Assembly: GCA_964247055.1 (NCBI GenBank)
Contig: OZ176055.1
Coordinates: 7,192,001-7,256,000 of the forward strand
Reading direction: 5' to 3'
From: Paragordius varius
Taxonomy: Eukaryota > Animalia > Nematomorpha
DNA: 64,000 nucleotides
Position 1 is the first letter of the stretch. Every line of letters starts with the position of its first letter. The notes below the pieces were generated by a model, which saw nothing but the letters and a program-made list of their open reading frames with translations, was not told where the DNA came from and made no database searches. The position numbers and the translations under genes were made by a program. Below, piece after piece: positions 24,979 to 39,500 of the stretch.

Positions 24979-25522
24979 GTTTAGATTATTATAGGTTTTC
25001 AAAAATTGCTAGCTTCTTTTTAATTTTATTCACTTTTCTTTGGCAATTCATCCACATAAAAGATCTAAAATGTTGTGTTGTCATTAATGAATGTACATTA
25101 TCGTTCGAAAAAATTGTTTATAAAATATAGTTTCACCCTAAATTTTAACGTAAACCGACCATGTTTTAACAAAATTATCTATCATTTTAGCTATAAAAAA
25201 AGACCTTTATATATCCAATGATTATCAACAAAACAGGTGCTTTATCATTGCTGAAAAAATCGAACAGCCAGGCACAAGAAATATTGGAGAGAAAACTATT
25301 TAATCTATATTATTAAGAGTCATTCCAATTAAATTTAATATTACATATGTTTCGGATAAATTGAAAACATGACTTCTTAAAATTCGCTTTTTGATGGAAG
25401 ATTAATGTTAAATAGTTAAGATTTTGAAAGTGTCGCCACTAAAACACAAAATAAAGCCTTTTACACAGGCTATAAAGCGACTTTTATGTACTCTAAAATA
25501 TATTATAAACTATCTTGAAATC

Positions 25523-25780
25523 CAGGTGTGTCCAACATGAATTAGGAATCCACATTATCGACTCAAAAACCAATGGGCTGCATTTAAAATAAAAAAATAA
25601 TGGGTTGATCCTTATCGGTAATTCCGGATAAACCAATCCTTTTTCTTAGTATTTAAATATAAATACTCAAAAAATGTGTAGAATAATTTTGGAAATTATA
25701 GTCAAAAGTCGTATGTTTTAATTTTTCGCGGGCCGGAATATGCCGCAAACGACCCACTAGCCACATAGTAGACACTCTTG
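25523..25780. mobile_element. hAT MITE family copy
   Basis: caggtgtgtccaaca..cgactcaaaaa..tttcgcgggccg..gacactcttg, inverted relative to 21305-21621. Confidence 0.55.
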
Positions 25781-26183
25781 CTTAAATTTTTTACTTATGT
25801 TAAAATATTCATTTAATCCTTTTTAAATATTTAGCTTTGAGAGTTATATTTAATAAGACCACAAAAAATTATAAAACCGCCTTTTTTTAAATAATTGTAT
25901 TTTCATAAAAAATTTTGGGACCGTTTTTTTTTTAATTTTAAAAGAATTGAAGGATATCCATTATTTCACGAAACATATGCGAGGTAATTCATAGAAAATA
26001 CACTTTTAATTATTTTTTGGGAATATGAAAATGGTTAATTTAGAATTTTGTATTTAATCCATGCATCACCATATAAGCATTTATTGTCATTACAAATATA
26101 AAATAGTTATATTAATATAATATTCTAAAATTAAATTTTTATAAAAATAATATAAAAAATCTTTTTTATATATATTCGTTCAT

Positions 26184-29100
26184 CTATCTTCTATTTCCTG
26201 AACCACTTTTAATTGAAATCCCAGTGGACTGAGCTCCAATTTGAGAAACCTATTATATTATATATCGAGAGAGAAAACATAATTTTTAATTCAAAAGGAA
26301 ATTAAAAACAAAGTTTATTACCTGGCAAACGGCACAAAGACGGCCCTTAAATTCAGGAAAGTATGAAGCTGTACAATAAGGACAATTTACGCTTTCTTTA
26401 CCCCTAAAATATATATAGGAAAAAAATGTGTTGGTAGAATAAATGTATAATTGTTTGAAAATTGAAATATATTATATTTTTAACTACGAAAAAAATGTAA
26501 AATTGCATATTTTTAAAGATCATACAATAAATATGGATGCATAAACATTAGATTAAATTAATATAGCATGTGATATGCAAAGTAAAAATTTTTATTAAAA
26601 AAACCGCATCTTTATAAAGATAAAATATGTATTTTTTTATGAAATCAACCATATTTTTAATCCTAAAACTTTCCATCTTTATATAATTATGGTTGTTTAA
26701 CATGGTGTAAAGATACCCCTCTAAACCTTTATTTAAAACTTGCTATATAAAAAAATATATAAAAATTGGGTCAATTAGCTATGCTAAAAAATTTCAATCT
26801 TTTATTTTACTTTAAATATGAAAAAACAACATAAAAAATACCTATATATGGGTTTATATGTTTGAGCGCAGATAACAAACGGATTGTAAGGTTCATACTC
26901 TAATACTTCAGCGTCTGTCATCGTTTTTTGGCATTGTTTGTAAATGGTTTTAACCTGAGATTCAGAAGAACAAAAATTTAACCTCTTTAGGTATAGTTTT
27001 TGATTTAATAGAAATATATATAATAAAAAAGATTTTATTCATTGAAAAAAGGTTGTCCCCAAAAGGAACTTCTCTTGTAATTATTTTCTCCAAAACGTTC
27101 TACATTATGAGCTAAGTCTATATCTAATTTGTGTTGCGTTAGATCCTCTTGAATTGTCTGCAGCTATGTTTTATGGAGTCTACCCGCTTTAGCGGTGGTG
27201 TCGACTTTGTTAACATGGTTTTTAGTCTGTTGAACGGTTCTCTACAATGTATATAACCCGCCCATCTTAACACACCCATTTGGATGACATCGACTGATTT
27301 TAAAATCCAATACATTAAATAGTTTTACCAGAGATCAGAACTGAAACTTATACTTTATCAAAGGCAAAAACTAATTCAAAAAAATCATCATTTTTTTCAA
27401 TTTATTTTAACTATTTTTTAAAATTTTAAATGACATACACAATACAACGTTGTTGTTGATATGTACGTATGTTTTTGGTTAGATATATATTAAGATTTTC
27501 AAAATAATCTCAAACTAGCAATAATTTAAAAATTTAAACCAATATCAGAACCAGACAAATCAATATTTGACAAAATTGTCTAAAACAAACCAGTTTTCTT
27601 AAAAATTAATTGAAGAACTTCCCCAAAAAACATTTTATTTCAGTCCTAATTTCAATTCTTAATTACCTGAGTCATTATGTCAGGTTTGGGCCCAAGATCT
27701 AAGATACGTTTAGCAAAAATTGAAGCCGTTTTGAAATTCTTCATTTTGTAGAAAATGTTAAGTGCAGTCCGCAACGTAAGGATCTGATGAATGGGTTCCA
27801 AACCACAATGCGTAAAATAAGCCGCTAACTTTTTTAACATATAAAAAACATATATAAAAAAAGGAAATTCAAATTAATATGCATTAAGAGTTAAATTGTA
27901 CAGTAAAATAATAGGGAATTATAAGAGAAATGATTAAAGGTAAAAATAGAATTTTATTTTTAGACCTTAATGTTATATAACTTATTGATTTGTATTGGAA
28001 TAAGTAATAGAAATGTTAATTAAATAATAGTCTGTAATAAATTGCGCTCATGAAAGTTATGTAGAAAAATCAAGATAGGTATGGCAATCTTAAAGAAAAA
28101 ATATTTGCCATTAAATTTTTAGGTTTTGTCTTTATAATTCCAAGTTTTACAATTAATAATACATCCAAGAATATAAAATGGATAAAATAAATTTTTTATT
28201 GCGCATACTTCAGCAATGCGGTTTTGATTTTCATTATCAGTGCGGGGTAAACCCTTTCGAAATTGTTCCATTTGTAGTCCCGTTATATATTCCGAACATG
28301 TTTTTATCAGTGCTTTAATCTATAAAAAGGTGAAAAAAAGTTAAAATAAAAAAAATATATTGCATATGAAAACGAATATTTTATTTAAATAACTTGAAAA
28401 AAAACGAAATTTTAAATTAAAAAATATCCCGAATTTTAAATAAATATATTTCTGGATAAAAATTTGCTAGTTTTTTTATAATTAAATTCTTATTGTATTT
28501 AATATACTTCCATGAATCAAAAATTAATATTTTTGGTCTAAAACTTTTTTATTACATTATTTGAAATATTTTAGATATTACAAATTATAAAATTACATAA
28601 AACTTGCAACTAAGCAAAAATATATCGGAAAATTCAGTATATTATTTTAGTAAATATAATGAAAGAGAATGAATTAAATAAATTTTCAATTATCCATCAA
28701 AAAATTACCATATATCAATGGTAGATATAATCAAATTACAAGCTCTCAAATTATTATAACTATAAATGGAAATATTATGATGAAAAGGGTAGGAAATGCA
28801 AAATTATAGTCGCCATATATAAATCCCAAAATTACAGAAATATACCTCAGTAAGTTCAGCCTTATTTTGGCAAATAATAAAAGGGATAATATGTAGGATT
28901 CGTTGAAATGCCAAAACTGATTCAGAAAATTTGCCCGCTGTAGTTAGATGATAAGCAGTTTGAAGACGTTCACCAGTTAAACCATCAAGTCGATATATGG
29001 TATGAGGCAGGTTAGGTATTTTAAGTCCCGGATCTCTATATAAATAATGAAAAAAATGGTGTTGAAAATTGGAATAATTATAAAAACATAAAAGCTAAAA

Positions 29101-32100
29101 TACAAGCATTTATTTTTTAAAGACAACTATGCCTTTTTAACCGTTAAATTTTTTTTCAAATAACCTTAAAGATTATACAATAGTGCAATGTAGTGGGATG
29201 TATTATTATTGAGAGAATTAAACATTATATACAATGTAATATATTTAAAATTTAAGCTAGAATGAGTATAAAATAAAATTAGATTCTAATTTCGACTTTT
29301 ATTTCAACACAAGTGCAAAATTAATATCTAATTTTATTTTATATGCATTCTAGCTTAATTTTTAAATAAATTACAGAGTGGGAGGTGTGCATCATTTTCT
29401 CTAGCAGTTGCTCGCTTCCAAATTTTTGAGCAAAATAACTTGCGAGATAGTCGTCTTTGGTCAATTGAGTTATGTTTAGATCGTGGCTGATGGTTTTTTC
29501 CTAATCATGATATGGTCTGCCTCATCTAAAATTGCCATTTGGATGGAAGGATATTTAATCCAGCCATTTAAGCGGTCATTATGGCCCCAGTATCTGAGAT
29601 TTGTTCTGAGAAAAAAGAATTTAGTTGGGATTTGGAACACATATACATTTGTCCCTTGTTTGGGGTAAATATTTTGTGTGACATTATATACTTGAGTTGA
29701 TGGAATTTGGCCCAAGCTTGATGTGTTCGTGTTGTTATATCGTTTTTATTAATATTGGCTGCTATTATATCACCCAGGTAATTGAACTTATTTTCGATTT
29801 AAATGTTTATAGATGGAAGGTAAGTGAATCGCGTGGGACTGTCTGGGTTTTAATCAGGTGTTACACAAGCTTACACACAAAACTTTTAATGCTTAATAAA
29901 CTTCCTTTAATTTGTGAGCACTTTTTGTGGATCAACAGTTAGCATTTAGTGCATTCAATGGAATATAATTCCACTTTAGAGTGACAAATGGAGCAAGGGA
30001 ATTTCTTATAGGCAGTGGGCCTGTGATTAAGGCCTTTGTTTTATATGTGTTAATTTTGAAGCCAAATATTTGTAACTTAGATCAGAGATTAAATTTATAA
30101 ACGATGGCTATTTCGCAGGTGGCTGTTGGTATTATGTCGTCAGCGTACAACATTTAGTAAGGTAAACCAGTTTTTATATTTTCATTTATTATACCCATAA
30201 TAATGATATAATGGACTGAGGATAGAGCCATAGTGTATCCCGACAGTCACTGGGAATCGATTGGTATCTTCCACGGGAGTCACGCAACTAAAGGTGTTTT
30301 AATATTGTAAATTAATACTTTTATTATCCATTACGAATTTCCGTAACGCAAATGTGATGATGGACCGCGGGATGCAATCGAATGCATGGCTTAAATCAAT
30401 AAAGACCAGATATAAAGTTTCAGTTTTGCATCTGAAGTTCTATTGTAACCTTCTAAGAATAAATATGGCGTAAGAAATATTGACACCTTGTTGAAATCCG
30501 AAGTGGGTTTCGTCAATCAAGCAAAGCTGACGTATTTTCTTTTCTATTATGATTTCATAAGTTGTCTTTTCAAATAATTTTAATAGTCTGTATGAGGCTA
30601 AGTATGTCACCTTTGTTTCTATATTTGGAATCATATTTTAATTCCCATCTAAGTTTTTCATCCAGTATAATCAGCTTAAATAACTCTAGGGAAGGGAAAT
30701 TGCTTCAGGTATATTTTGTACATTTCAGTTTGCTTTATTAATTTTGTATTTTTGTATGACTAGAGGTAATGATTGGGGGTGGCCCAATAAATAAAGATAA
30801 GTTTGGTATCTCGATCTTTGAATGCTGAAAATTTAGTGTACTGTGCATGCATTGTGTCCATACATTTTGATACTAAGAGTGTCAGTAACTGTGTTATTAT
30901 TTTGACCTTTTATGGCTTTCACTACTAGGATATCTTTTTCATTCCTAATGATATTTTTCAGTGTTTTAAAAACTTGTAAGTTTTTAATTTCTCCTTCAAG
31001 TTTTTTGGCCTCCAAGCATCTTTCATTTTGTTAGCTATTATTTTCTTTACTCGTTTTTTCACCATACTAGCATGTTTTCCATTTTTTAAAAACTTCTCTT
31101 TTCTCATTTAATAAAGGTTTAATATCGTTTTGCCACCACCATTGGGATTTTGTTTTTCGCACGTTTTCTTCTGAAGATTTTGGAGTTTGTGACTAGAGTG
31201 TTTTTTAGATGCTCCCAGCCGTCATGCACCTTGTTAGGGGAAAGTTTTAGTTCAGATGTAATTTGGTTAATGTAATGATGGTTTATTATAGGATCACTAA
31301 ATTTAGGAACGTTAAGTTGAGGCAATTTTTTAGGGCTAGGTCGGTTCTTATATATTGTAGCAACTATTAGTTTATGTTGTGCATCATATTCATAGGTTTT
31401 AATGTTAATTATAAATTTCCTATGTTTTTTATTCATTAACATGAAATTAACTTGAGATATGTGTTTGCCACTTTTGTATATGTGCAATAGACTGGGTTTT
31501 TTTGTAAAGTGTGTGTTGCAAATCAATCGATCTACAGCACAATCCTAAAAGCGCTTCCTCTTTGTTGCGGGAAATTACTTCATAACCATCGGCGTCCATT
31601 GAAATCTCCGCCAAATAAAAGTGTGCCATTTGTGGGAACATTTTGTGCAATCTGATAAAGCTAAATCCAAAATTCAGGTTTGTTTGTTTCATTACTGTTG
31701 AGGAGTATAGATAAGTATATTGAGGGTTGTAATATTAATTGCCATTCGCATTTGGATAATTTTCTCGTTGTGATGTGTCAATTATATTTTCTTTTATCTG
31801 ATCGCTTATGGCTTCCCCTGATTTTCCCATTTTTCCTCTTTCAGAATAAAGTGTAAAACCTCCATATCGATAGTTACCTCCATTTTTCAAACGTGGTTCT
31901 TGTAAAGTTGCATTTATTACACTGAAACACAACTTTTTCTGAATCTAAAATTTTGAATATTTTCTGATTCCTTATGGTATTGGTATCAGATCTGTGAAAA
32001 AATTTAGTTATCCAAGTCGTTTTCGAGATATGAAACTTTTTCCAAATTTGGACATTTTCAATATTTTCTCGTTTGTGAATATTTTTAGGTAAATATGTGG

Positions 32101-35100
32101 CTTCTAAAAATATTTTTATAAAAGCCCAATAATTTTTCTTTAAAAAAACTTAAAATATCAAATACTTTATGTTTTAGCGGGCAAAAACCCTCAAAAATTG
32201 GTTAAGTTAACACTTTTTAATACAAATATTTTTTTTCATATTATAAAATAACAAATTTTATTTTTGTTTTTGGATGTTAATAATGTTTGTTTAAATAAAA
32301 ATATCATTGGTTTATTATTAAAAATAAATTTCATCTTTACACCTTTTTTGCTGCTTTTACTTCGATTAAAATTGGGATTTTAAAATACCCCAGATAATAT
32401 TTAAGTAAATTTTTTCCAAAAACTAGTGAAGGAAACGGTTCCAAGCTAAAATATTAAATGAAATTTTGTTCTGGAAAAAATTCCGTATCAAATTTCTAGA
32501 GGACATTTTTGCTAATATCATGTTTATTTGATTTTAAGCCTAAAATTAGGTTTGCTTTTTTATTAAAATCATATTTAAAATGGATATAAACAGAAAAAGT
32601 GGTATATTTTGCATTATTTTTATAATTAGCTTATCATATGTTACAAAATTTCCTTTGGATTTTCTTCTGAATAAGTATTATCAAGTATTTTTGAATGCCT
32701 TTTTATTTACTTCGGTTCATTAATGTTATATAAGCGCAAACTTTTGCTTGAAATATTTTATCTTAAACAAGCCTGAAGTATCTAAGTACCTCATTTAAAT
32801 GGAAGGATTGAAATAAATGTGTTGTATCCAAGCGTTAAAAGTAGCTAAAGTTTACTCAGATGGAATCAATAGACTCTTAATTTCATCTGATTCTTTTTGA
32901 ATATTTTTCATATATCTGTTCAACAATACTAAATTTTAGTAAAAATATAATTCAAACAAAGTAAGTGTTATCTTTATAATGGCCGACGGGTAAAATTATT
33001 GTATTCACACCAAAATCTAAGAGGATAAACTAATGAGACGGTAAGGGTGTTGTTTGTGGACCGTTGTGGTAGAAAGCACTCATATTCGAACTAGGTGAAG
33101 ATACAAAAAAACGCTTTTATATATTTTTTCTTTGTTTCATAGATTTTTAAACAATATATCGATTTGCAGAAAGTTTTCATTAAATGCCATTCATCAAGAA
33201 AAATTATATATGCTATCGTAATAATATAAACATTAAATGGACTGATAAAATCTCTAATACTGAATTAATAAAAGAAAATAAAACCAGCTATTACAATCCA
33301 CAACATGATCGATAAAAATCAAATGGGTTTCCTAGGCCATATTTTAAGCAGTGGACCTTTCAGTTTATCGACATTAGTGGGAATGGTTAATGGTAAAGGA
33401 ACTCTCGTGGTCGACCTTCAAAATGTTACCATGACCAAGTACCCATTTCGCAGCAATTTGGATTCAAAAACTGTTGACGTCAGCTAAGATTATCTTGAAA
33501 AAATCTCTTTGCACTATGGTCGTATACGACTGCGCAGAATAAATGATAGAGAATATGCCATATCTCTTATACAACATATAATACCATCAATAAATATTTC
33601 GATTCTTTAATTATTTTATTTGACTAAGCCTTTTGAACATTTTTTTACAAAAATAAGAATCAATTTATAGAATTATACGGATGATTAACAAATCCAAATT
33701 TAATAATGGTTCACCAAATTAGCGTGAATATTAATTAAAGTGTAGAGTTTGCTTAGGAGATTTAAAGACACGGATAATTTATCTTGATTTTGGAATAGAA
33801 CTATATTATATTAAGTGTAATAAATAGAGAACAAATAATTATTCATTTATATATAGATAATCAAAATTAAATTTTTATTATTTCGGTAATTTTTTCCCAG
33901 GGTTTTAATAAATGATGTCCCTTTTCGCCTCTTTGATAAGTAATGGCGTCTTTAGGAAACAGACATAGATGGGCATCCACATGCAGATAAAAAAAAGGTA
34001 TTATAAATGATAAGTAACATGTGTATAACAATATAAATACCCATCCTATAGAAAGAGTCAATTAAACAATTTTGGGAAAAGCATCGTAATGCCACCCATA
34101 CCGCTCTTTGGGTTGCATTTTGGATTTAAACGCCAAATCGTTGAAAAAACTCGTCACCTAAAAATAAATGTATAATACCTGCGGTCCTATCAAAACTGCG
34201 CCGTTAATTTTTGCCGACTTTATCATAAATTTTCTGAAATAATGAACCCAAGCTTCGACAATTTTATCAAGACTACACAAAATTATTTTTGCCAATCCAA
34301 GCAGCGTGTGGAATGCCGGCAAAACAAATTTGTTAGCCGATGTTAACGGGGTAAATATCTGATTCTTGGGCACAACTTCATAATTTCTTAAATGAAATCC
34401 CTATCGCAGTAGTTTGAAAAAGTTTATAAAAAACATCATAAGCTTCTTTATAAACACGGCTATAAACTATTATAATTGGCCTGTGTATCCGGCATGGTCT
34501 ATCGAAAAACGTTCCAAACTTTCCTATAAAATATCAAATATTGTATTCCCGGCTGAATGCGATTAATATTGGCCTGTGCTCTCCGGCACGGTCCAATAAA
34601 AATGCCTTCAAACTTTCCTAAAGATGTAAAATATTATATACCTGAGAAGCGTCTAGAAATAATACCCATTGTGATGAATCATATGGATAATTCATTTCCT
34701 TCATTAAGCCAATCACATCAGGATAAATAACTGTTTTCGGAAAAATATTTTCGGAAATTTATTCCTCTATTCCGAAAACTAGTTATGTTGATGTCAGTTA
34801 AATTTTTTCGATTAAAAGTCCTCACCATAAGTTCGGACGACCTAATATAATAATATATTTAAAAAATGTTTGGCTTATTCAAAAATAAATACAAAATTTA
34901 ACTTATATATTTAACGCATTTCAGCTTAAGTAAATTAAAATAAATTATAAAATGCGTAAATCTATTATTTTTTCTAAAAATACCGTTTTGAGACATGCAA
35001 TTTTTTGATTAGGGATATCACCTCAGTGCCACTTAATTTATTAGTATCCTTTATATCTTGATGATATTTCTAAATCATTATCATCCATAATCTTAACAAA

Positions 35101-36513
35101 TAAATCGATATGAATGGTTGGAGATGGAGGTACGGGAAGGTCAATGGAATGATAAACAGGACGAATTGTGCAAAGAAAGTTTGGATATTCGATAGGTTTT
35201 TTTGTGGTAATGTTAATTTGAGATGGTTTTTTGGCAATCCGCAAAGGTAACATTCGGAATGTGATTTTGGCTCACGCCATTTCATAGGGATACCCCAAGA
35301 AGGGAGTCTAGGTCCGGTTTTATGGTATAATTCCTTTGATCTTCCCGTACCTCCATCTCTAGTCATTCATTCCGATTTATTTGATATGATGGATGATAAT
35401 GATTTGGAATTTTATCATCAAGATATAAAGGATACTAATAAATTAAGTGGCACTGAGGTGATATCCCTAATCAAAAAGTTGCATCTCTCAAAACGGTATT
35501 TTTAGAAAAAATAATAGATTTACGCATTTTATAATTTATTTTAATTTACTTAAGCTGAAATGCGTTAAAAATGTAGGTTAAATTTTGTATTTTTCTTTGA
35601 ATAAGCTAAACATTTTTTTAATATATTATTATATTAGGTCGTCCGAACTTATGGTAAGGACTCTTAATCGAAAAAATTTAACTGACATCAACATAACTAG
35701 TTTTCGGAATAGAGGAATAAATTTCCGAAAATATTTTTCCGAAAACAGTTGTTTATCATGGTGTCATGATGTGATTGGCTTAATGAAGGAAATGAATTAT
35801 CCATATGATTCATCACAATGGGTATTATTTCTAGACGCTTCTCAGGTATAAAATATTTTACATCTTTAGGAAAGTTTGAAGGCATTTTTATTGGACCGTG
35901 CCGGAGAGCACAGGCCAATATTAATCGCATTCAGCCGAGTTTATAGGGAAACCTATAATATTTTTGAAAATATTTTGAAACTACTGCGATACAACTATCA
36001 TTATTGGCATGTAACAGGGGATTATAAAGTTTTTAAAAAATTTAATAATTTTTATAGGTCATGGGACTGCTTTTCGGTATACATAAAGGATTTCCCAAAT
36101 TTTTTTGCCCTTTGTGTGAGTGGGACTCGCGTGACACCGAGAAACACTATATAAAAAAATTTGCTATCAAAAAATTATGAGGTTGGGCCCAATAATCAGA
36201 TTTTCCTGTTAATATCGGCTAACAAATTTGTTTTGCCGCCATTGCATACGCTGCTTGGATTGACCAACACATTTTTTGTGTAGTCTTGATAAATATGTCA
36301 AAGTTTGGGTCTATAATTTCAGAAAATTTAGGATGACGCCCGCAAAAATTAACGCCGCAGTTTTGATAGGGCCACAGGTATTAATTAATTTAATTTTAGG
36401 TGACGAGTCTTTTCAACGATTTGTCTTTTGAATTACAGATCAAAGAGACGAAAAGGGACATCAATTATTTAAACCCTTTGAAAAAATTACCGAAATAATA
36501 AAAATTTAATTAG

Positions 36514-36549
<36 letters not shown>

Positions 36550-39500
36550 TGAATAATTATTTGTTCTCTATGTGTTACACTTATTTGCTTATATTCCAAA
36601 ATCAAGATAAATTATCCGTGTTCTTAGATAACCAAACTCTACGCTTTAATTAATATCTAATTTACTGAAGCATTATTAAATTTGGATTTGTCAATTAACC
36701 GTATAATTCTATGAATTGATTTTTCTTTTTGATAAAAAAGGTTTAATAGGCTTAGTCAAATAAAATAATTAAAGTATCGAAATTTTTAATGGTATTATAT
36801 ATTGTATAAAACTGTTTAATTTTTTTATAAGAGATATGGCTATTTTCCATATTCATTTATTCTGCGCAATTGTATGTGACCATAATACCGAGAGATTTTT
36901 CCAAGATAATTTATTAGCTGACGTCAACAGTGATTTTAGATCCAAATTGTGGTAGTATGTTGAAGTTTGAACATGAGCTCTTTTACCGTTAACCATTCCC
37001 ACTAATATCGATAAACTGAAAGGTCTACTGCTTAAAATATGGCCTAGAAAACCCATTTGATTTTTATCGATCATGTTGTGGATTGTAATAGCTGGTTATT
37101 TTCTTTTATCGATTGAATAACAGAGATTTTATAAGTCCGTTGGCGATTTGGTCAAAATCGTCTGCCTTTTGGATATGAGAAGAACACACCAAAACCATCA
37201 AATACATTTTATATTTATACTTTAGGGATATGGATGATTCTTTATTTGTAAGAGTGCAATCTAAAGAGACTTATTACCCTGATGAAGTTTTACGATACTC
37301 GGAAATGAATTCTTTTTTAACAAAAGTTGAGTCACCCGCAAAACTTCAGTTGTTTAGGGGAACAGTAATGCCATAGGAAAATCAAAGATAAGTACCTTTT
37401 TATATTAAATTATATTTTATATTAATCTTTTAACCATATATTCTTATAAATATTTGGGTTATCGTCTGCTCGGTTAAATTATTATTGCTTTTTGTCGTTA
37501 ACGTTTCATTAAATTAAAACTACTGTCGCTTATCAACAACTCAATTATTATCAAACCTCTGTTCCAAAAATCCAACTATAATGTCCTTTCCAAAGCGCAG
37601 GTTATGTACGGTATTTTTTTTAATTCTTTTTTTAAGCAAATTACACTAACTTACGGTAAAAAATTAAATCAAAATGATATTTTATATACATACATATATA
37701 TACAAACATTTGCAATCATAAAAATTTTATTAGAAAAAGTTATAAAAGTTTTTTCCCAATACTTATATAGTTCACGGTACTCTGACAATTGGTTCACCAA
37801 TTGTACGAATGGATGTACCCCGTGCTTCATTGTCATAAGTCCATTTTGATGTTTAGAATATTAGGATAGCATATATAATTTTTCTTGATGGTCCATGACA
37901 TTCATATAAAACTTTTAGCTGCAAATCGATATATTGTTGATTTTATAAAAATCTATGAAACAAAGAAAAAAATATATAAAAGCGTTTTTTGTATCTTCAC
38001 CTAGTTCGAATATAAGTGCTTCCCACCAAAACGGTCCACAAACGACACCCTTACCGTCTTTATAGTTTATCCTCTGGGATTATTTAGTGTAAGATTCAAT
38101 ATTTTTACCAGTCGGACATAAGTTTATAAAGATAGCATTTACTTTAAGATTATATTAATTATATTTTTAGGCATAAAATTTAGTATTGATGAACAGATAT
38201 ATGGAAAATATTCAAAAAGAATCAGATGAAATAAAGAGTCTATTAATTCCAGCTGAGTAAATTTTAGCTTTTTTTAAATAAAAAAACAGCAAAAAGGTGT
38301 AAAAATGAAATTTGAATTTTAAAATAAAAGTCAAACAAAAGCTATACACAATGATATCTATATTTAAAGATACATTAGTAATATGCAAAAACATAAAATA
38401 AAATTTGTTTTAATAAAATATGATGATGAAAAATATTTGGGTCAAAAAATAATAATTTACCCTATTTTTGAGGGTTTTCGCTAGCTGGAACAAAAAGTAT
38501 TGGATATTTTAAGTTAATGAAGAAAAATTATTGGGCTTTTATAAAAGTATTATTAAGCCACATATTATTTGTTTAGAAACGAGAAAATATTGAAAATGTT
38601 TAAATAAAAAAACCATATCTCGAAAACGTTCTCGACATTCAATTTTTTTATAACAGATCCGATCTCAATACCATAAGAAATCAGAAAATAATAAAAATAT
38701 ATGATCCAGAACATTGACCCCAACTTTTATTCGTAAGTGTTATCATTCAAGCTTTCATATAAAATTATTATCCTTATTATTAAAGGATTTTTCTCCAGTA
38801 ACAACATTACTCTTTTTCGTAGATGTATTATTTTATAAATATAATTATTATTAATATTATGCAATATAAAATAAATAAATAAAATGAAATTTCAAAAGAC
38901 GTTTTTTAACAAATATTTATTCATTTATTATTTCGCTGTTAAGCATGGTAAGGTAATGAGGCTTGATTTTTATGGGCTATATGTCCTTATAACCAACCTC
39001 TTAACTCGGAGGAAGAGTACCTTATTCGCTGTACCAGGCTAGAGAGTGTCTAAAAAGATTCAAATCTCTCACGTTTGTAGATTTAAGTCTACGGCCGAAG
39101 GAGGTGCTTTTCCGGGCTTTGGAAGCTCTTACTCCATCTTTCGTTTTGACAACTTAAATAATCGTAATTATCATCTGGCTGTTGGTTATAGCGCCCAAGT
39201 AAACTCGCTTTAAAACCATATGTGTAAATACAGGTATTATAATAATTTTTGTGAGGAAAGAAGATAGCCAATCTCATTTCCGCCATGGCCCACACATTAG
39301 TTTTCTTTCATGTGAATTGATGTTTACATTGTATGTTCTTTTCAACAATGCCGCTCCCGTTAGCGTTACCCAGGATGCCCCGCGAGGAGGTAAAAGTCGG
39401 TCTTTGCATTGAGGTATGTTATCGATTTATATATATATATCCGTTATTTGGTAACCCAACACGATTTTGAAAGATCAAGTTTAAAAAAAATATGGTTGTC

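Larger units (their letters stand above)
31920..38739. mobile_element. 6.8-kb fold-back palindrome of two head-to-head Chapaev3-like DNA transposon halves
   Basis: Arms about 31920-35150 and 35335-38739 are reverse complements along their length (e.g. 31955-32140 vs 38520-38690; 34700-35100 vs 35370-35800). Ends tta|CACTG ... AAGTG|tta. The family call rests on remembered motifs and the 3-bp TWA target of Chapaev3. Confidence 0.8.
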
